Assembly (NCBI GenBank): GCA_030390025.1
Contig: CM059432.1
Coordinates: forward strand, 144,152,001-144,212,000
From: Squalus acanthias
Lineage: Eukaryota
Direction: 5' to 3'
DNA: 60,000 nucleotides
Shown: piece after piece, positions 12,770 to 25,665 of the stretch
How positions within the stretch are numbered: position 1 is the first letter of the stretch
How the letters are laid out: each line of letters begins with the position of its first letter
Notes under the pieces: model-generated
Told to the model about the DNA's origin: nothing
What the model saw: the letters and a program-made list of their open reading frames with translations, nothing else
Databases searched by the model: none
Translations under genes and position numbers: made by a program

Positions 12770-14129
12770 TATACTTATGAAGCCCAAGATCCCATACGCT
12801 TTGCTAACCACTCTCAATATGTCCCGCCACCTTCAGGGACCTATGCACATTAACTCCCAGGTCCCTCTGACCCTGCACACTCTTTAAAACTGTGCCATTA
12901 AGTGTATATTGCCTCTCCCTGTTCCTTCTGCCAAAATGCATCACCTCACACTTCTCTGTATTAAATTCCATCTGCCACTTGTCTGCCCATTCTGCTAGCC
13001 TTTCCATGTCCTGTTGCAGTTGATTGGTATCATCCTCACATTGCCACACCCCCAAGTTTGGTGTCATCGGCAAATTTAGAAATTCTACTCTGTATTCCAA
13101 TTTTCAGGTCATTTATATATATATATATAAAAAAGCAGTGGCCCCAGCACTGACCCTTGGGGCACACCACTGTCTAGCATCCTCCAGTCTGAAAAACAGC
13201 TATTTACCACAACTCGCTGTTTTCTGTCCTTAAGCCAATTCCTTATCCAAGCTGCCACTGACCCACCTATTCCATGAGCCTCAATTTTGTTAACCAGCCT
13301 TCTATGTGGTACTTTGTCAAACGCCTTCCTAAAATCCATGTAGACAACATCCATTGCATTCCCTTCATCAATCCTCCCTGTTACTTCATCAAAAAATTCA
13401 ATTAGATTAGTCAAACACAATCTGCCTTTTACAAATCCGTGTTGGCTCTCCTTAATTAGCTTAAACCTCTCCAAGTGCCCGTTAATTTTTTCCTTGAATA
13501 TTGTTTCTAAAACTTTACCCACCATTGATGTTAAACTGTAGTTACTAGGATTGTCCTTACACCCTTTCTTGAACAATGGTGTCACATTTGCCACTTTCCA
13601 ATCCTCAGGCACCTCCCCCGCATCTAGGGAAGATTGGAAAATTATGGCAAGCCCTTCCGCTATCTCCTCCCCCAATTCCCTTAGCAACCTGGGATGCAAG
13701 CCATCTGGACCAGGCGACTTATCCACTCTAAGCATACCCAGCCTTTCTAGTACATCCTGTCTATAAATTTTCACCCCTTCCATTGCTTCTACCTTTTTTA
13801 CTTCTACCGATATTTTGTCAGCATCCACCTCCTTAGTAAACACCGATACAAAGTACTCATTGAGTATTCCAGCCTTGCCCTGTGCCTCTAAGCATATATC
13901 ACCTTCTTTGTCCCTAATAGGCCCCACCCCGCTTCTTACTACCCGCTTACTGTTTACATGCCGGTAGAAGATTTTTATGTTAACCGTCATTCTACTCTCA
14001 TATTCTCTCCTTACGAATCTTATTTTCATCTTCACTTCCCCTCTCAACTTATTGTATTTGGTCTTGTTCTCCCTTGAAGAATTCACCTGACATGCATCAT
14101 ACACCCTCATTTTTTGTTTCATCATCTTA

Positions 14130-14418
14130 GAAACACAGAAACATAGAAAAATAGGAGCAGGAGTCAGCCATTCGGCCCTTCGAGCCTGCTCCGCCATTCA
14201 ACATGAGCATGGCTGATCCTCTATCTCAATACCATATTCCCGCTCTCTCCCCATACCCCTTGATGCCTTTTGTGTCTAGAAATTTATCTATCTCCTTCTT
14301 AAATATATTCAGTGACTTGGCCTCCACAGCCTTCTGTGGTAGAGAATTCCACAGGTTCACCACCCTCTGAGTGAAGAAATTTCTCCTCATCTCAGTCCTA
14401 AATGTCCGACCCCGTATT
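14130..14418 (-). mobile_element. CR1 LINE 3' end
   Basis: AGAAACAC/AGAAACAT terminal repeat and reverse complement of NFFTQRVVNLWNSLP. Confidence 0.85.
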
Positions 14419-15149
14419 TTTTTAATTATGAGTACTGTGTTTAATTTAACCCTGCAGATAGGCTGAAATGCACAAACAGGTGGAACAAACTTGTGGCCCG
14501 GCCAGAGCTGAATTGGCGCAGTTTATTTCAGTCGCAAATTTAACAGCTTTGACATGGCTGGCAGGCTAAGCAGGGTTGGGCTGGTTCATACTGAACCACA
14601 CTGACGGTCAGAACTGATGCTTACTCATTCATTGCTCAAAAACAAAGCTGCCTGGCAGTGGTTAATGTTCGTATGTTAATGTAGCATTGACATGCTGCTA
14701 CAAGCATGTTCGAGTCTCCCAAGAGAGTTCTCATGAGCAGGAAGTTCTTACAGCGCGCAGGCGTGCTTTATGTATAGGGTTAATGGGAAGGAAACTGGGG
14801 CTAGGGTGTATGCTGGGTTATTTTTACCAGGACACCCAGGTCCCTCGGAACACCAACATTTCCCAATTTTTCACCATTTAAAAAATACTCTGCTTTTCTA
14901 TTTTTCCTACCAAAGTGGATAACTTCACATATCTCCACATTATATTCCATTTGTCATGTTCTTGCCCACTCACTTAGCCTGTCTATATCCCCTTGAAGCC
15001 TCCTTGCATCCTCCTCACAACTTACATTGCCACCCAGCTTTGTATCATCAGCAAACTTGGATATATTACATTTGGTCCCCTCATCCAAATCATTGATATA
15101 GATTGTGAATAGCTGAGGTCCAAGCACTGATCCTTGCGATACCCAACTA

Positions 15150-15562
15150 CAGGAAACTTTCGTTTATCCGGCATCGACGGGACCGGCGTGGTGCTGGTTT
15201 ATCGAAAGTACCGGATAACGGAGAGTTATATCTACCGAGGCTATTTTTAACAAAGAGACTCCAGGCAGCGCGGGAGAATCAACTCCTGCTACTGCAGTGT
15301 TTCGGACTTCCGACAGCGCCAGGAGGCCGAGTAGTGGCACTTTTGAAAAGTACCCCTACTGACTAAATCGGCGTTCTCGGACTCGGGATCGGCAACATTG
15401 CCGGTTATTTGAGAGGAGTTTTCGGAGCACTCGGCGTTCGCGGAGACTCGACTGCGACTCGGCAACATTGCCGGTTATTTGAGAGGAGTTTTCGGAGGAT
15501 GATTTTTGCCGGTTAAGCGAGAATTCCGGATATTTGGGTGCCGGATAAACGAAAGTTTCCTG
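15150..15562. mobile_element. Tc1/mariner-pogo (Tigger-like) MITE, 413 bp
   Basis: Perfect 24-bp TIR CAGGAAACTTTCGTTTATCCGGCA (15150-15173, 15539-15562) with TA TSD (15148-15149, 15563-15564). Confidence 0.93.
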
Positions 15563-16262
15563 TAGTTACAGCCTGCTAACCCGAAAATGACCCGTTTATT
15601 CTTACTCTCTGTTTTCTGTCCTTTAACTAATCCTCAATCCTTGCTAATATATTACCCCCAATCCCATGAGCCCTAATTTTGTTCAATAACTTGTGTGGCA
15701 CCTTATCGAATGCCTTCTGAAAATCCAAATGCACCACATTCACTGGTTCCCCCTTATCTATTCTGCTAGTTACAACCTCAAAAAACTCTAACAGATTTGT
15801 CAAACACATTTTCCCTTTCATAAATCCGTGTTGACTCTGCCCAATCCTATTATTATTTTCTAAGTGCCCTGTTACCACGTCCTTAATAATAGATTCTAGC
15901 ATTTTCCCTACTACTGATGTCAGGCTAACTGATCTGTAGTTCCCCGTTTTCTCTCTCCCTCCTTTCTTAAATAGTGGGGTTACATTTGCCACCATCCAAT
16001 CCATGGGAACCGTTCCAGAATCAATGGAATTTTGGAAAATGACAACCAATGCATCCACTATCTCTATAGCCACCTCTTTCAAAACCCTAGGATGTAGGTC
16101 ATCAGGTCCAGCGGATTTATCGGCTTTCAGTCCCATTAATTTCTCCAGTACTATTTTTGTACTCATACTAATTTCTTTCAATTCCTCATTCTCACTAGAG
16201 CCTTGGCTCTCCATTATTTCCGGGAAGTTTTTTGCGACTTCTTCCGTGAAGACAGACACAAA

Positions 16263-17115
16263 GACCGCGATTTTTTAAATAGATGCGGCTTGGGAGCGGG
16301 TCAGCTGGTTTCGGGTTCCAGTCCCGCCCCCAACTACATCCGGCCAACGGATGTGATATTCCCTTGATTGACCTTGTTAAGCCCGCCCTGCGGGCTTGCC
16401 AGCCAATTAAGAGGAAGCCGGTCAGATGACATCATTTGATGATGCATCACCTGTCGGTTTTCTTAAAGGAGAGATGATTTTTCAGTGTTTGACAGCATTG
16501 AGGTGCTGCAAACTCTGACAATCACAGTACAAAGGTGAGCTCTTGCACTCAGGCTCTTCAATGACTCCCTCCGTAGGCTAGAACAGATGGCAGCTGCAGG
16601 TGAGGTTACAGAAGCGATCTGTCACTGGTGAGAGAGGTTCTCCCAATGAGGTGGGACTAGACATCCAATTCAAAACTTCTTACCTACAGAAAAGTGTAAA
16701 TGCATTAAAAATGATTTTCCCAATATTTTCTTACCTCTGAAACTCACCAGTGCACCATTGGATCCGTCACACCACTTCTGCAGCTGTCATCAATGCAGAA
16801 ACAGTACAGCAGCCTCACAACATGCCACACTTACCTGGCGTGGTGTCCGGAGAGCAGGAACCCCGAGGCAGAAGCGGCAAAATTGAAAAAGAGCCTGTCA
16901 ACTGCAATCAAGTACCTATTGACAGGCAGGTAAGTGGCTTTAATCCTCTTCCCGGCGCTAGGTGTCGGGTCCATGCGCAAATCGGGGACCCGACACTTGG
17001 GAAGATTGATTGGAGGCGGGTTGACACCGGGTTTCCTACCCGTTGTCAATCTTTGCGATTTTGACAGCGGTCCCACCTCCAAACCCGCACTCTGAGTGCC
17101 GGCAAAATTTTGGTC
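16263..17115. mobile_element. PIF/Harbinger-type MITE, 853 bp
   Basis: Imperfect TIR GACCGCGATTTT / AAAATTTTGGTC with AAA TSD. Removing it restores CR1 sequence GACACAAAGTATTTG. Confidence 0.8.
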
Positions 17116-17162
17116 AAAGTATTTGTTTAATTTCTCTGCCATTTCCTTATTCCCCATTATCC

Positions 17163-18715
17163 CAATTACAGAGGAGTTTCCCTGCTGTCTGCCACAGGGA
17201 AAGTCATCGCAAGAATCCTCCTCAATCGCCTTCTCCCAGTGACCAAAGAGCTCCTCCCAGAGTTGCAATGCGGATTCCGCCCACTAAGGGGCACAATGGA
17301 CATGATCTTCACTGCACGTCAATTACAAGAGAAATGCAGGGAACAGCACCAACCGCTGTACATGGCCTTCTTTGATCTCACAAAGGCCTTCGACACGGTC
17401 AACCGTGAGGGATTATGGAGTGTTCTCCGCAAATTCGGCTGCCCTCAAAAGTTTGTCACCATCCTCTGCCAGCTTCACGACGACATGCAAGCCGTGATCC
17501 TGACCAACGGTTCCACCACAGACACAATTCACGTAGGAACCGGGGTCAAGCAAGGCTGTGTCATCGTACCAACGCTCTTCTCGATCTTCCTTGCTGCAAT
17601 GCTCCATCTCACCCTCAGTGGAGCTAATTTACAGAACAAACGGGAAACTGTTCAACCTCCGTCGCCTCCAGTCCAGAACCAAGGTCGTCCCATCCTCTGT
17701 CGTCGAATTACAGTATGCAGACGACGCTTGCGTCTGCGCTCACTCGGAGGTCGAACTCCAAACCATCGTCAACACCTTCACCGAAGCGTACGAGAGCATG
17801 GACCTTACACTAAACATCCGTAAGACAAAGGTTCTCTACAAACCTGCCCCCGCCACACAGTACTGCCCCCCGATTATCAAAATCCACGACTCGGCATTGG
17901 ACAACGTGGACCACTTTCCATACCTCGGGAGCCTACTGTCAACAAGGGCAGATGTCGACGACGAAGTCCAACACCGCCTTCAGTGTGCCAGTGCAGCCTT
18001 CGGTCGCCTGAGGAAGAGAGTGTTTGAAGACCAGGACCTCAAACCCAGCACCAAGCTCATGGTCTACAGAGCAGCACTGATACCCGCCCTGCTGTATGCC
18101 TCAGAGACATGCACCATGTACAGCAGGCACCTCAAAGCACTGGAGAGGTACCACCAACGCTGCCTCCGCAAGATCCTGCAAATCCATTGGCAGGATAGGC
18201 GCACCAATGTCAGTGTTCTTGCTCAGGCCAACATCCCCATCATTGAAGCTTTGACCACGCTCGATCAGCTCCGATGGACGGGTCACATCGTCCGCATGCC
18301 CAATACGAGACTCCCAAAACAAGCGCTCTACTCAGAGCTCCGACACGGCAAGAGAGCCCCAGGTGGGCAGAGGAAACGCTTCAAGGACACCCTCAAAGCC
18401 TCCTTGAAAAAGTGCAACATCCCCACCGACACCTGGGAATCCCTGGCCCAAGACCGCACAAAGTGGAGGAGAAGCATCCGGGAAGGCGCCGAACACCTCG
18501 AGTCTCTTCGCCGGGAGCAAGCGGAAGCCAAGCGCAGGCAGCGCAAGGAGCGCACGTCAACCCAAGCGCCCCACCCACCCGCCCCTTCAACCACCGTCTG
18601 CCCCACCTGTGACAGAGACTGTAGGTCCCGCATTGGACTCATCAGTCACCTGAGAACTCATTTTTAATGTGGAAGCAAGTCATCCTCGGTTCCGAGGGAC
18701 TGCCTAAGAAGAAGA
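17163..18715 (+). mobile_element. 5'-truncated RTE-clade LINE (RT plus C-terminal C2H2 finger), one frameshift near 17620
   Basis: QCGFR, FFDLTKAFDTVNR, GVKQGC, LQYADD and YLGS motifs, terminal CPTC...HLRTH, short 3'UTR ending TAAGAAGAAGA. Confidence 0.92.
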
Positions 18716-19357
18716 CAATCCTGCTTAACTCTGGGAAAATGAACAACGATACAACTGTAGAGCCACACACTATACGCAGAAGGAATGTTGGGGACTCTCC
18801 CAGTTTGCGAATCATCCTTCCTGTTTCCTGTCTGTGTCACCATGTCCTGGTTTTCCAGCAGCACTTGCCCTATTGCTTGAGGTTGGCTGATCTCTCTACT
18901 CTCCAGTAACTTTCCATGCCTGTGTGGAGCGTTCAACCACTGCGAGCCAAGGCAGAATATTTCACTTCCCCTTTCTATCTGACACAAGCCCTCTGAATGG
19001 GACAACCCCTCCCCTTCTATAAACAACCGCCAATAAAAACCAATGCTTCTTGTCGAGACCCGTGGGAACAGTTGAAACCAAAACCTTTGGATCCTTGGTC
19101 AATATAAGTTATTGAACGAAAATCAAGACAAGCAAATAGCGCAGACTGCAATGTTTGTATAAATGTCTCGCAATTTGTTACAGTGTTGATGGAGTTTTCC
19201 TTAATGGGAGAGCGTTTCACGATACAGTAACACAGCTCCAGGTTTAAACAGGTATCTGCAAGGGGGAAATCTCACTTAGAAATTCAACAGACTTACCAAG
19301 AGAAGCCCAGTACTCTACAGGGCCGTGATTTGCTCTCCTTTGAAGAATACAGTATTA

Positions 19358-19662
19358 CACAGAATCCCCACAGTGCAGATAGAGGCCATTTCGGCCCATC
19401 AAGCCTGCACCGACACATATCCCACCCTATCCCCGTAACCCCACGTATTTAATCCCCCTAACACTAAGGGTCAATTTATCATAGCCAAATCAACCTAACC
19501 CGCACATCTTTGGACTGTGGGAGGAAACCGGAGCACCCAAAGGAAACCCACGCAGACACGGGGAGAATGTGCAAACTCCACACAGACAGTCACCCGAGGC
19601 CGGATTCGAACCCGGGTCCCTGGCGCTGTGAGGCAACAGTGCTAACCACTATGCCACCGTGC
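19358..19662 (-). mobile_element. HE1-type V-SINE
   Basis: Minus strand has a tRNA-like head (B box GGTTCGAATCC), the V-domain TGTGGAGTTTGCACATTCTCCCCGTGTCTGCGTGGGTTTCC and a CR1-like tail. Confidence 0.9.
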
Positions 19663-19679
19663 TTAGTTAATGATAAGGG

Positions 19680-19990
19680 TATGCTAGTGTGGTGGTTACG
19701 TTACTGGACTAATTATCCAGGGAACATGAGTTCAAATCCCACCACTAGTGTCCTTTAGGGAAGGAAACCTGCCGTCCTTACCTGGGTCTGGGCCTATATG
19801 TGACTCCAGTCCCACACCAACGTGGTTCACTCTTAACTGCCCTTGAAGTGGGTCTAGCAAGCTACTCCATTGTATCAAACTGCAATGGTTCAAGAAAGCG
19901 GATCACCACCACCTTCTCAAGGGGCAACGAGGGATGGGCAATAAATGCTGGCCTTTCCAGAGACGCCCACATCCTGAGAATAAACTTTTT
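19680..19990 (+). mobile_element. tRNA-headed SINE with a family-B LINE tail
   Basis: B-box-like GAGTTCAAATCC near 19726. The 3' part matches the family-B tail GGTTCAAGAA..CACCACCACCTTCTCAAGGG..GGGATGGGCAATAAATGCTGGCC. Confidence 0.75.
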
Positions 19991-20020
19991 AAAAAACACA
20001 GATCTTTTCAAATTCAGAAG

Positions 20021-20173
20021 CATTGCTGTTTGTGGGATCTTGCTGTGTGCAAATTGGCTGCCCCGTTTCCTACATTACAACAGTGACTACACTTCGAAAG
20101 TACTTCATCGGCTGTAAAGCGCTTTGGGACATCCTGAGGTCATGAAAGGCGCTATAGAAATGCAAGTTCTTTC
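20021..20173 (+). mobile_element. DeuSINE 3' fragment
   Basis: Matches 21218-21370. Confidence 0.85.
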
Positions 20174-20746
20174 TTACTTATCACACTTCCCTTCCCTAAC
20201 ATCCTTCCTGTGAGATCGCTGGTGCTGAGAGAAATTCTTAACTCACTTTACTATTTATATCACTGCTGGAAATCCGGCCAATCCCACGTCACCTCTGATA
20301 ATATTAGCCTCACACTTCTCGAGTGGCTTAACAGCCACTTAACTAATATATCTGTCACCCAACACTGAACCAGGACTTGAGAATTCCCATGGTCCGTTCC
20401 CCAGTGATCCTGGTAGCACCCACAGCCTCAATAAACTTGCTATCATGCTCTGTCCTCAGCCGGGGCTCAGGTGAGGAGCCCCAGTCTCCTATCAGTCCCC
20501 TGTCCCGGGGCTGTGATTCAGCAGCGCAGGTATCCTGATTGTCTGGGAATCAAGGAATCACGGCTGGTCCCCGGGTAGCAGACACTGATCTGCAGAATGA
20601 GGAGGCGTCTCCCACTGACTGATGCTCAGCGAATGAAATCCCTTCCTGCTGATGAAGTTGACGGGACTTTCAGACGTTGGCCGGACTGTCACATGGGAGG
20701 TCTCAATGGCACCTGTAGCAATCAGGCGCTCAGAAAAGGTTGATGG

Positions 20747-21048
20747 ATCTCTCTCTCTCTCTCTGTCTGTCTCTGTCACGGTCTGTCTGTCTCTGTCACT
20801 GTCACTATCTCTCTCTCGCTCTCTCCTCTGTCTGTCTCTCTCTCTTTGTCTGTCTGTCTCTGTCACTGTCTCTCTCGCTCTCTGTCTGTCTGTCTCTGTC
20901 ACTGTCTCTGTCTCTGTCTGTCTTTCTCTCTCAGTCTCTCTCTCTCTCTTTGTCTAGCTTTCTCTCTGTCTCTCTGTCTCTGTCTCTTTCTGTTTTTCTC
21001 TCTCCCTGTCTCTCTCTGTCTCTCTCTCTGTCTCTCTCACTCCCTCTC
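20747..21048. repeat. (CT)n/(CTGT)n pyrimidine-rich microsatellite
   Basis: Directly visible. Confidence 0.95.
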
Positions 21049-21049
21049 C

Positions 21050-21400
21050 ATCTTTCAGATGAGACGTTAAACCGAGGCCCCGTCTGCTCTCTCAGGTGGA
21101 CGTAAAAGATCCCATGGCACTATTTTGAAGAAGAGCAGGGGAGTTATCCCCAGTGTCCTGGCCAATATTTATCCCTCAATCAACATAACAAAAAAACAGA
21201 TTATCTGGTCATTATCACATTGCTGTTTGTGGGAGCTTGCTGTGCGCAAATTGGCTGCCGCGTTTTCCACATTACAACAGTGACTACACTTCAAAAGTAC
21301 TTCATTGGCTGTAAAGCGCTTTGAGACGTCCGGTGGTCGTGAAATGCGCTATAGAAATACAAGTCTTTCTTTCTTTCTTTCGTTCTTTCGTTCTTTCTTC
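21050..21400 (+). mobile_element. DeuSINE (SacSINE1/AmnSINE1-like), head missing
   Basis: Deu-domain sequence GATGAGACGTTAAACCGAGGCCCCGTCTG...AAAGATCCCATGGCAC and a (CTTT)n tail. Confidence 0.88.
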
Positions 21401-21622
21401 CTCTTTGCTTTGCTGGATTCATGTGGAACTGACTGGGCTCCGAGTTGTGTCTGAGCAGGGAATCCCTGACCTGTGATGACCCGCTGACCTGTGTAACACT
21501 GCGATGACCCGCTGACTGACCGATGTGACTAGTGTCACCAGGGGCCTCCTGGAATGTGTGGAAGGTAAGTGAAGGCAGTGCCCCGGTAGAGCGAGGCTGC
21601 AAGTCAGGCTCCAGCAGCTGGC

Positions 21623-21810
21623 ACATCTGTGTCACCGTGTCGGGCCTCCGCAGACCCTGCGTGTGGGTGGAGTCCCTATAGTCCATCTGTGTCACCGTGT
21701 CGGGCCTCCGCAGACCCTGCGTGTGGGTGGAGTCCCTATAGTCCATCTGTGTCACCGTGTCGGGCCTCCGCAGACCCTGCGTGTGGGTGGAGTCCCGATA
21801 GTCCATCTGT
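21623..21810. repeat. 60-bp tandem repeat, 3 copies
   Basis: CATCTGTGTCACCGTGTCGGGCCTCCGCAGACCCTGCGTGTGGGTGGAGTCCCTATAGTC three times, with one substitution. Confidence 0.97.
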
Positions 21811-22544
21811 GGCCCGTGACCCTGCGGGGTTTATACCCGCGGGTTAGGTTTTAACAGCGTGCATGATACCGCGCTCTCCTGGTTCCAGTCCTTTCCCCCT
21901 CCATGTCCTCATCATCTCCTCCTCAAAGCTCAGGGACAATGGAATCCCTGTGGAGAATCCCAAAGGTCTCACTGCGTCAAGCTCCCTTTAAACTCTCGGC
22001 CGCTTTCACAAAGGGCCTTTCAGTCCCCAGAAACCACAGCTGCTGAGCAGTGGAAGTATCTCCCGGCCAATCAGCGTCACAGTTGTGTGTGACCTTTCAC
22101 CTTGCCACCCATCGGGACACAGCGCAGATTCGGCAGCACCTCCGGTTACGGTGCCGGTGATGAAAGTGGGGAGGGGAGGGGAGTGGGGGGGGGGGGAACA
22201 TGGGGGAATCTTGGCAAACGCTCCTCTGCTTGATTGCAACGTGGCGGGTACACGTCCAGCATTTAGAGCAAGATCACAGCGGGGTCATTGGGTCGTTGGA
22301 TCCAGTTTGGGAAGCCTAGATATTGCTTCAGCACAAGGGCTGTCGGCACCGGAGGGACTGGAGTGCATCATCACCCCCGGGTGTAGCATTTTCATTTCAT
22401 TTGTTACGTTTCCTTTAAACCTTTTTGTTAAGTTATGGTTTTTATTGGTTGTGCCCCTTTAGAAAGGGGGCCATGCTTGACTTTTAATAGGCTTGTAACA
22501 AGAAGAGTCAGTACACGGTCTGCAGGGATATGAATATTCTATTC

Positions 22545-23786
22545 TCACACAGACGCACACACTCACACTCACGCACTCACACTCGCACTCACACGCACGC
22601 ACTCACACTCACACACACGCACTCACACTCACCCTCACACACTCACACTCACGCACTCACGCACTCACACTCACACACTCACACTCACACTCACACACTC
22701 GCACTCACACTCGCACTCACACACACACACGCACTCACACTCACCCTCACACACTCACACTCACGCACTCACGCACTCACGCACTCACACTCACACACTC
22801 ACACTCACACACACACACTCGCACTCGCACTCACACACACGCACGCACTCACCCTCACACACTCACACTCACACTCACACTCACACTCACACACTCACAC
22901 TCACACTCACACTCACACACTCACACTCGCACTCACACACACACACGCACTCACACTCACCCTCACACACTCACACTCACGCACTCACGCACTCACGCAC
23001 TCACGCACTCACACTCACACACTCACACTCACACACACACACTCGCACTCGCACTCACACACACGCACGCACTCACTCACACTCACGCACTCACACTCAC
23101 ACACACGCACGCACTCACACTCACACACACAGACTCATGCTCACTCACACACATTCACACTCAGGCACGCACACGCACTCACACTCACTCATTCAAACAC
23201 GCACACAGACACACACTCACTCGCACGCACTCACACACACAGATTCACTCATTCACACACGTACATTCACGCACACACAGCCACGCACAGACACACGCAC
23301 AGACACACGCACACGCACATGCACACACGCACAGACACAGACACACACACACACACATGCACAGACACACACACAGACACACATGCACACACGCACAGAC
23401 ACACACACACACACATGCACACACGCACATGCACACACGCACAGATACACAGACACACACACAGACACGCACACACACACACAGACACACACACAGACAC
23501 ACACACAGACACACACACACATACAGATACACAGACACACACACAGACACGCACACACACACACAGACACACACACAGACACACACACAGACACACACAG
23601 ACACACACACACAGACACACACACAGACACACACAGACACAGACACACAGACACACACACAGACACACACACACACAGACACACACACACACACAGACAC
23701 ACACACACACACTCAGACACACACACACACACACACACTCAGACACACAGACACACACACTCACGAACACACACACTCTCACTCGC
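22545..23786. repeat. Compound (CA)n microsatellite: CACT/CACG-type left half, CAGA-type right half
   Basis: Directly visible. The His/Thr and Cys/Val ORFs are its translations. Confidence 0.97.
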
Positions 23787-24623
23787 ACCAAAATCAATGA
23801 AATGACTTGGCTCCGAGCCAAACCTGAAGATCTGCAGCGTACAAACTGAAGCACTTAGCTGCAGATCAGCAGTCAAACTCTATCCTTCAAACAAGAGTAA
23901 TGACTTTTACCTTATTGTAAATTATTCAATATTTATGTTAACTATTAGCTTTCTTTAACAAATGTAAATTAACAAACATAAATGGAGTCTAATTATTCCT
24001 TGATCTTTGATTGAGGTTCAATGAATGTAGCCAGTACAACTCGCTCATTAATCAATGTCCCCAATTGTTTGCTAAAGAATCCCATTCTCCTCCAGACAAA
24101 ATAGAAGATTTTCCTTATATTCATTCTTTACAATCCTGCTGCAGTTTTGCTCTACTCCCCACCCCCCCACCCCACCCCCATTATATTACTTCCTTAAACA
24201 TTTTTTTTAAAGATCTGTATTTAATTGTCGGCAGCTAATATCTCAATTCTATTATCAATAATTTGTCAGAGAACTTTTGTTTCTCTTTGTGTTGTTCAAG
24301 GTGAGGGATGTGAGCACGGGGAATCGAACCCACATGCACAGGTGGCATGGCTAGAGTCACCATCGTGATGCCACCCTCTCTGCCAGTGACCTTTCCAGCC
24401 AGCTCCCCCGGGGGCCAGGGTACAGAGCCCCACGGCTCAATCACTTGCCGTGGAGACTCTGAGACCACGAGATGAGGACCACCTGCATTGTAACTGGCTC
24501 CTGATCCCACAGCGCTGCCAAGCAGCACTGGCATCCCTGGCCCCGGGCTAACCCCTCGGCACAGCACCAGGGAAAGGTTTAAGATCAGAAGAGGAGCATG
24601 GTAATAATAGTTCCTGATAGTAC

Positions 24624-25145
24624 CTTCCAACCTCTGAAAACTTGAGCTCATCCAAAGCCTTGCTGCCCGTATCCTAACATGCACCAAGTCCCATTCACCC
24701 ATCACCCCTGTGCTCGCTGACCTACACTGGCTCCCAGTTAAGCCTCGATTTTAAAATTCTCATCCTTGCTTTCAAATCCCTCCATGGCCTTGCCCCTCCC
24801 TATCTCTGTAGCTTCCTCCAGCCCTACAACCCTCTGAGATCTCTGCGCTCCTCCAGCTCTGGTCTCTTATTGCCCATCCCTGATTTTAATCGCTCCACCA
24901 TTGGCGGCCGCGCCTTCAGCTGCCGAGGCCCTGAGCTCTGGAATCCCCTCCCTAAACCTCTCCGTCTCTCTCTCCTCCTTTAAGACGTTCCTTAAAACCT
25001 ACCATTTTGACCAAGCTTTTGGTCACCAGTCCTATTATCTCCTTATGTGGCTCGGTGTCAAATTTTGTCTGATTTACGCTCCTGTGAAGCGCCCTGGGAC
25101 GTTTTACTACGTTAAAGACGCTGGATAAATGGGAGTTGCTGTTGA
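24624..25145 (+). mobile_element. L2 LINE 3' end
   Basis: ITPVLADLHWLPV / FKIL / GGRAFS / LWN-type motifs and an L2 tail ending GTTGCTGTTG. Confidence 0.85.
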
Positions 25146-25665
25146 TCATTTTGGACAACCCAACCTGTTCAGTGAACAAACTAAAATGTACATTTAATGT
25201 AAATGCAAAAAACTGCCCCCATAATAAAAGAATTTTGCAATCCTGAAAATAAAGATGAGAAAGGTTCATAAATTATGTGGCTTTCATTCTGGAATTAAAT
25301 TTCTAAATTTATAAATGGTCCTGTCAGAATTCGTAAGAAGTAATTATATGTAATTCAGGTTAAAATGTTAAGCACTTGGATTAAAATGCCCAAAGATTGA
25401 GGATAAAGCAAATCGAAGTTTGAATGTTGAGGCAACAGTATTATTCACTGTAGATGCAGGAATTATATCATTACTTGCAGACCTCCTGTGGCATTGCTGA
25501 ATGAGTTGGGGATGTGCTGTGTACCAGGTAATGCACTGAGCTGTAAGAGGACTACTGATTTATGGTGACTGAATAAGGCTAATTTTGTTTTTGATTAAAC
25601 GGTGTTCCTGGATTCTTTTGGAGATTGAATTCCATAATTCTGCCTGCATTCCTTGGAAACCATAA

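Larger units (their letters stand above)
11755..14128 (-). mobile_element. 5'-truncated CR1 LINE (RT domain to 3' tail), frameshifted and interrupted at 12365-12769
   Basis: ORF 13109-14197 has KSPGPDG, SQHGF, VYMDFRKAFDKVPH and SGVPQGSVLGPLLF. Downstream ORF pieces continue to the tail. Confidence 0.95.
14869..17160 (-). mobile_element. CR1 LINE RT region interrupted by two MITEs
   Basis: ORF 15627-16259 (KSAGPDDLHPRVLKE, SQHGF, LDFQKAFDKVPH). The sequence rejoins cleanly across both insertions. Confidence 0.93.

Noticed and set aside
22530..23854. His/Thr-rich and Cys/Val-rich ORFs
   Set aside because: Translations of a (CA)n microsatellite.
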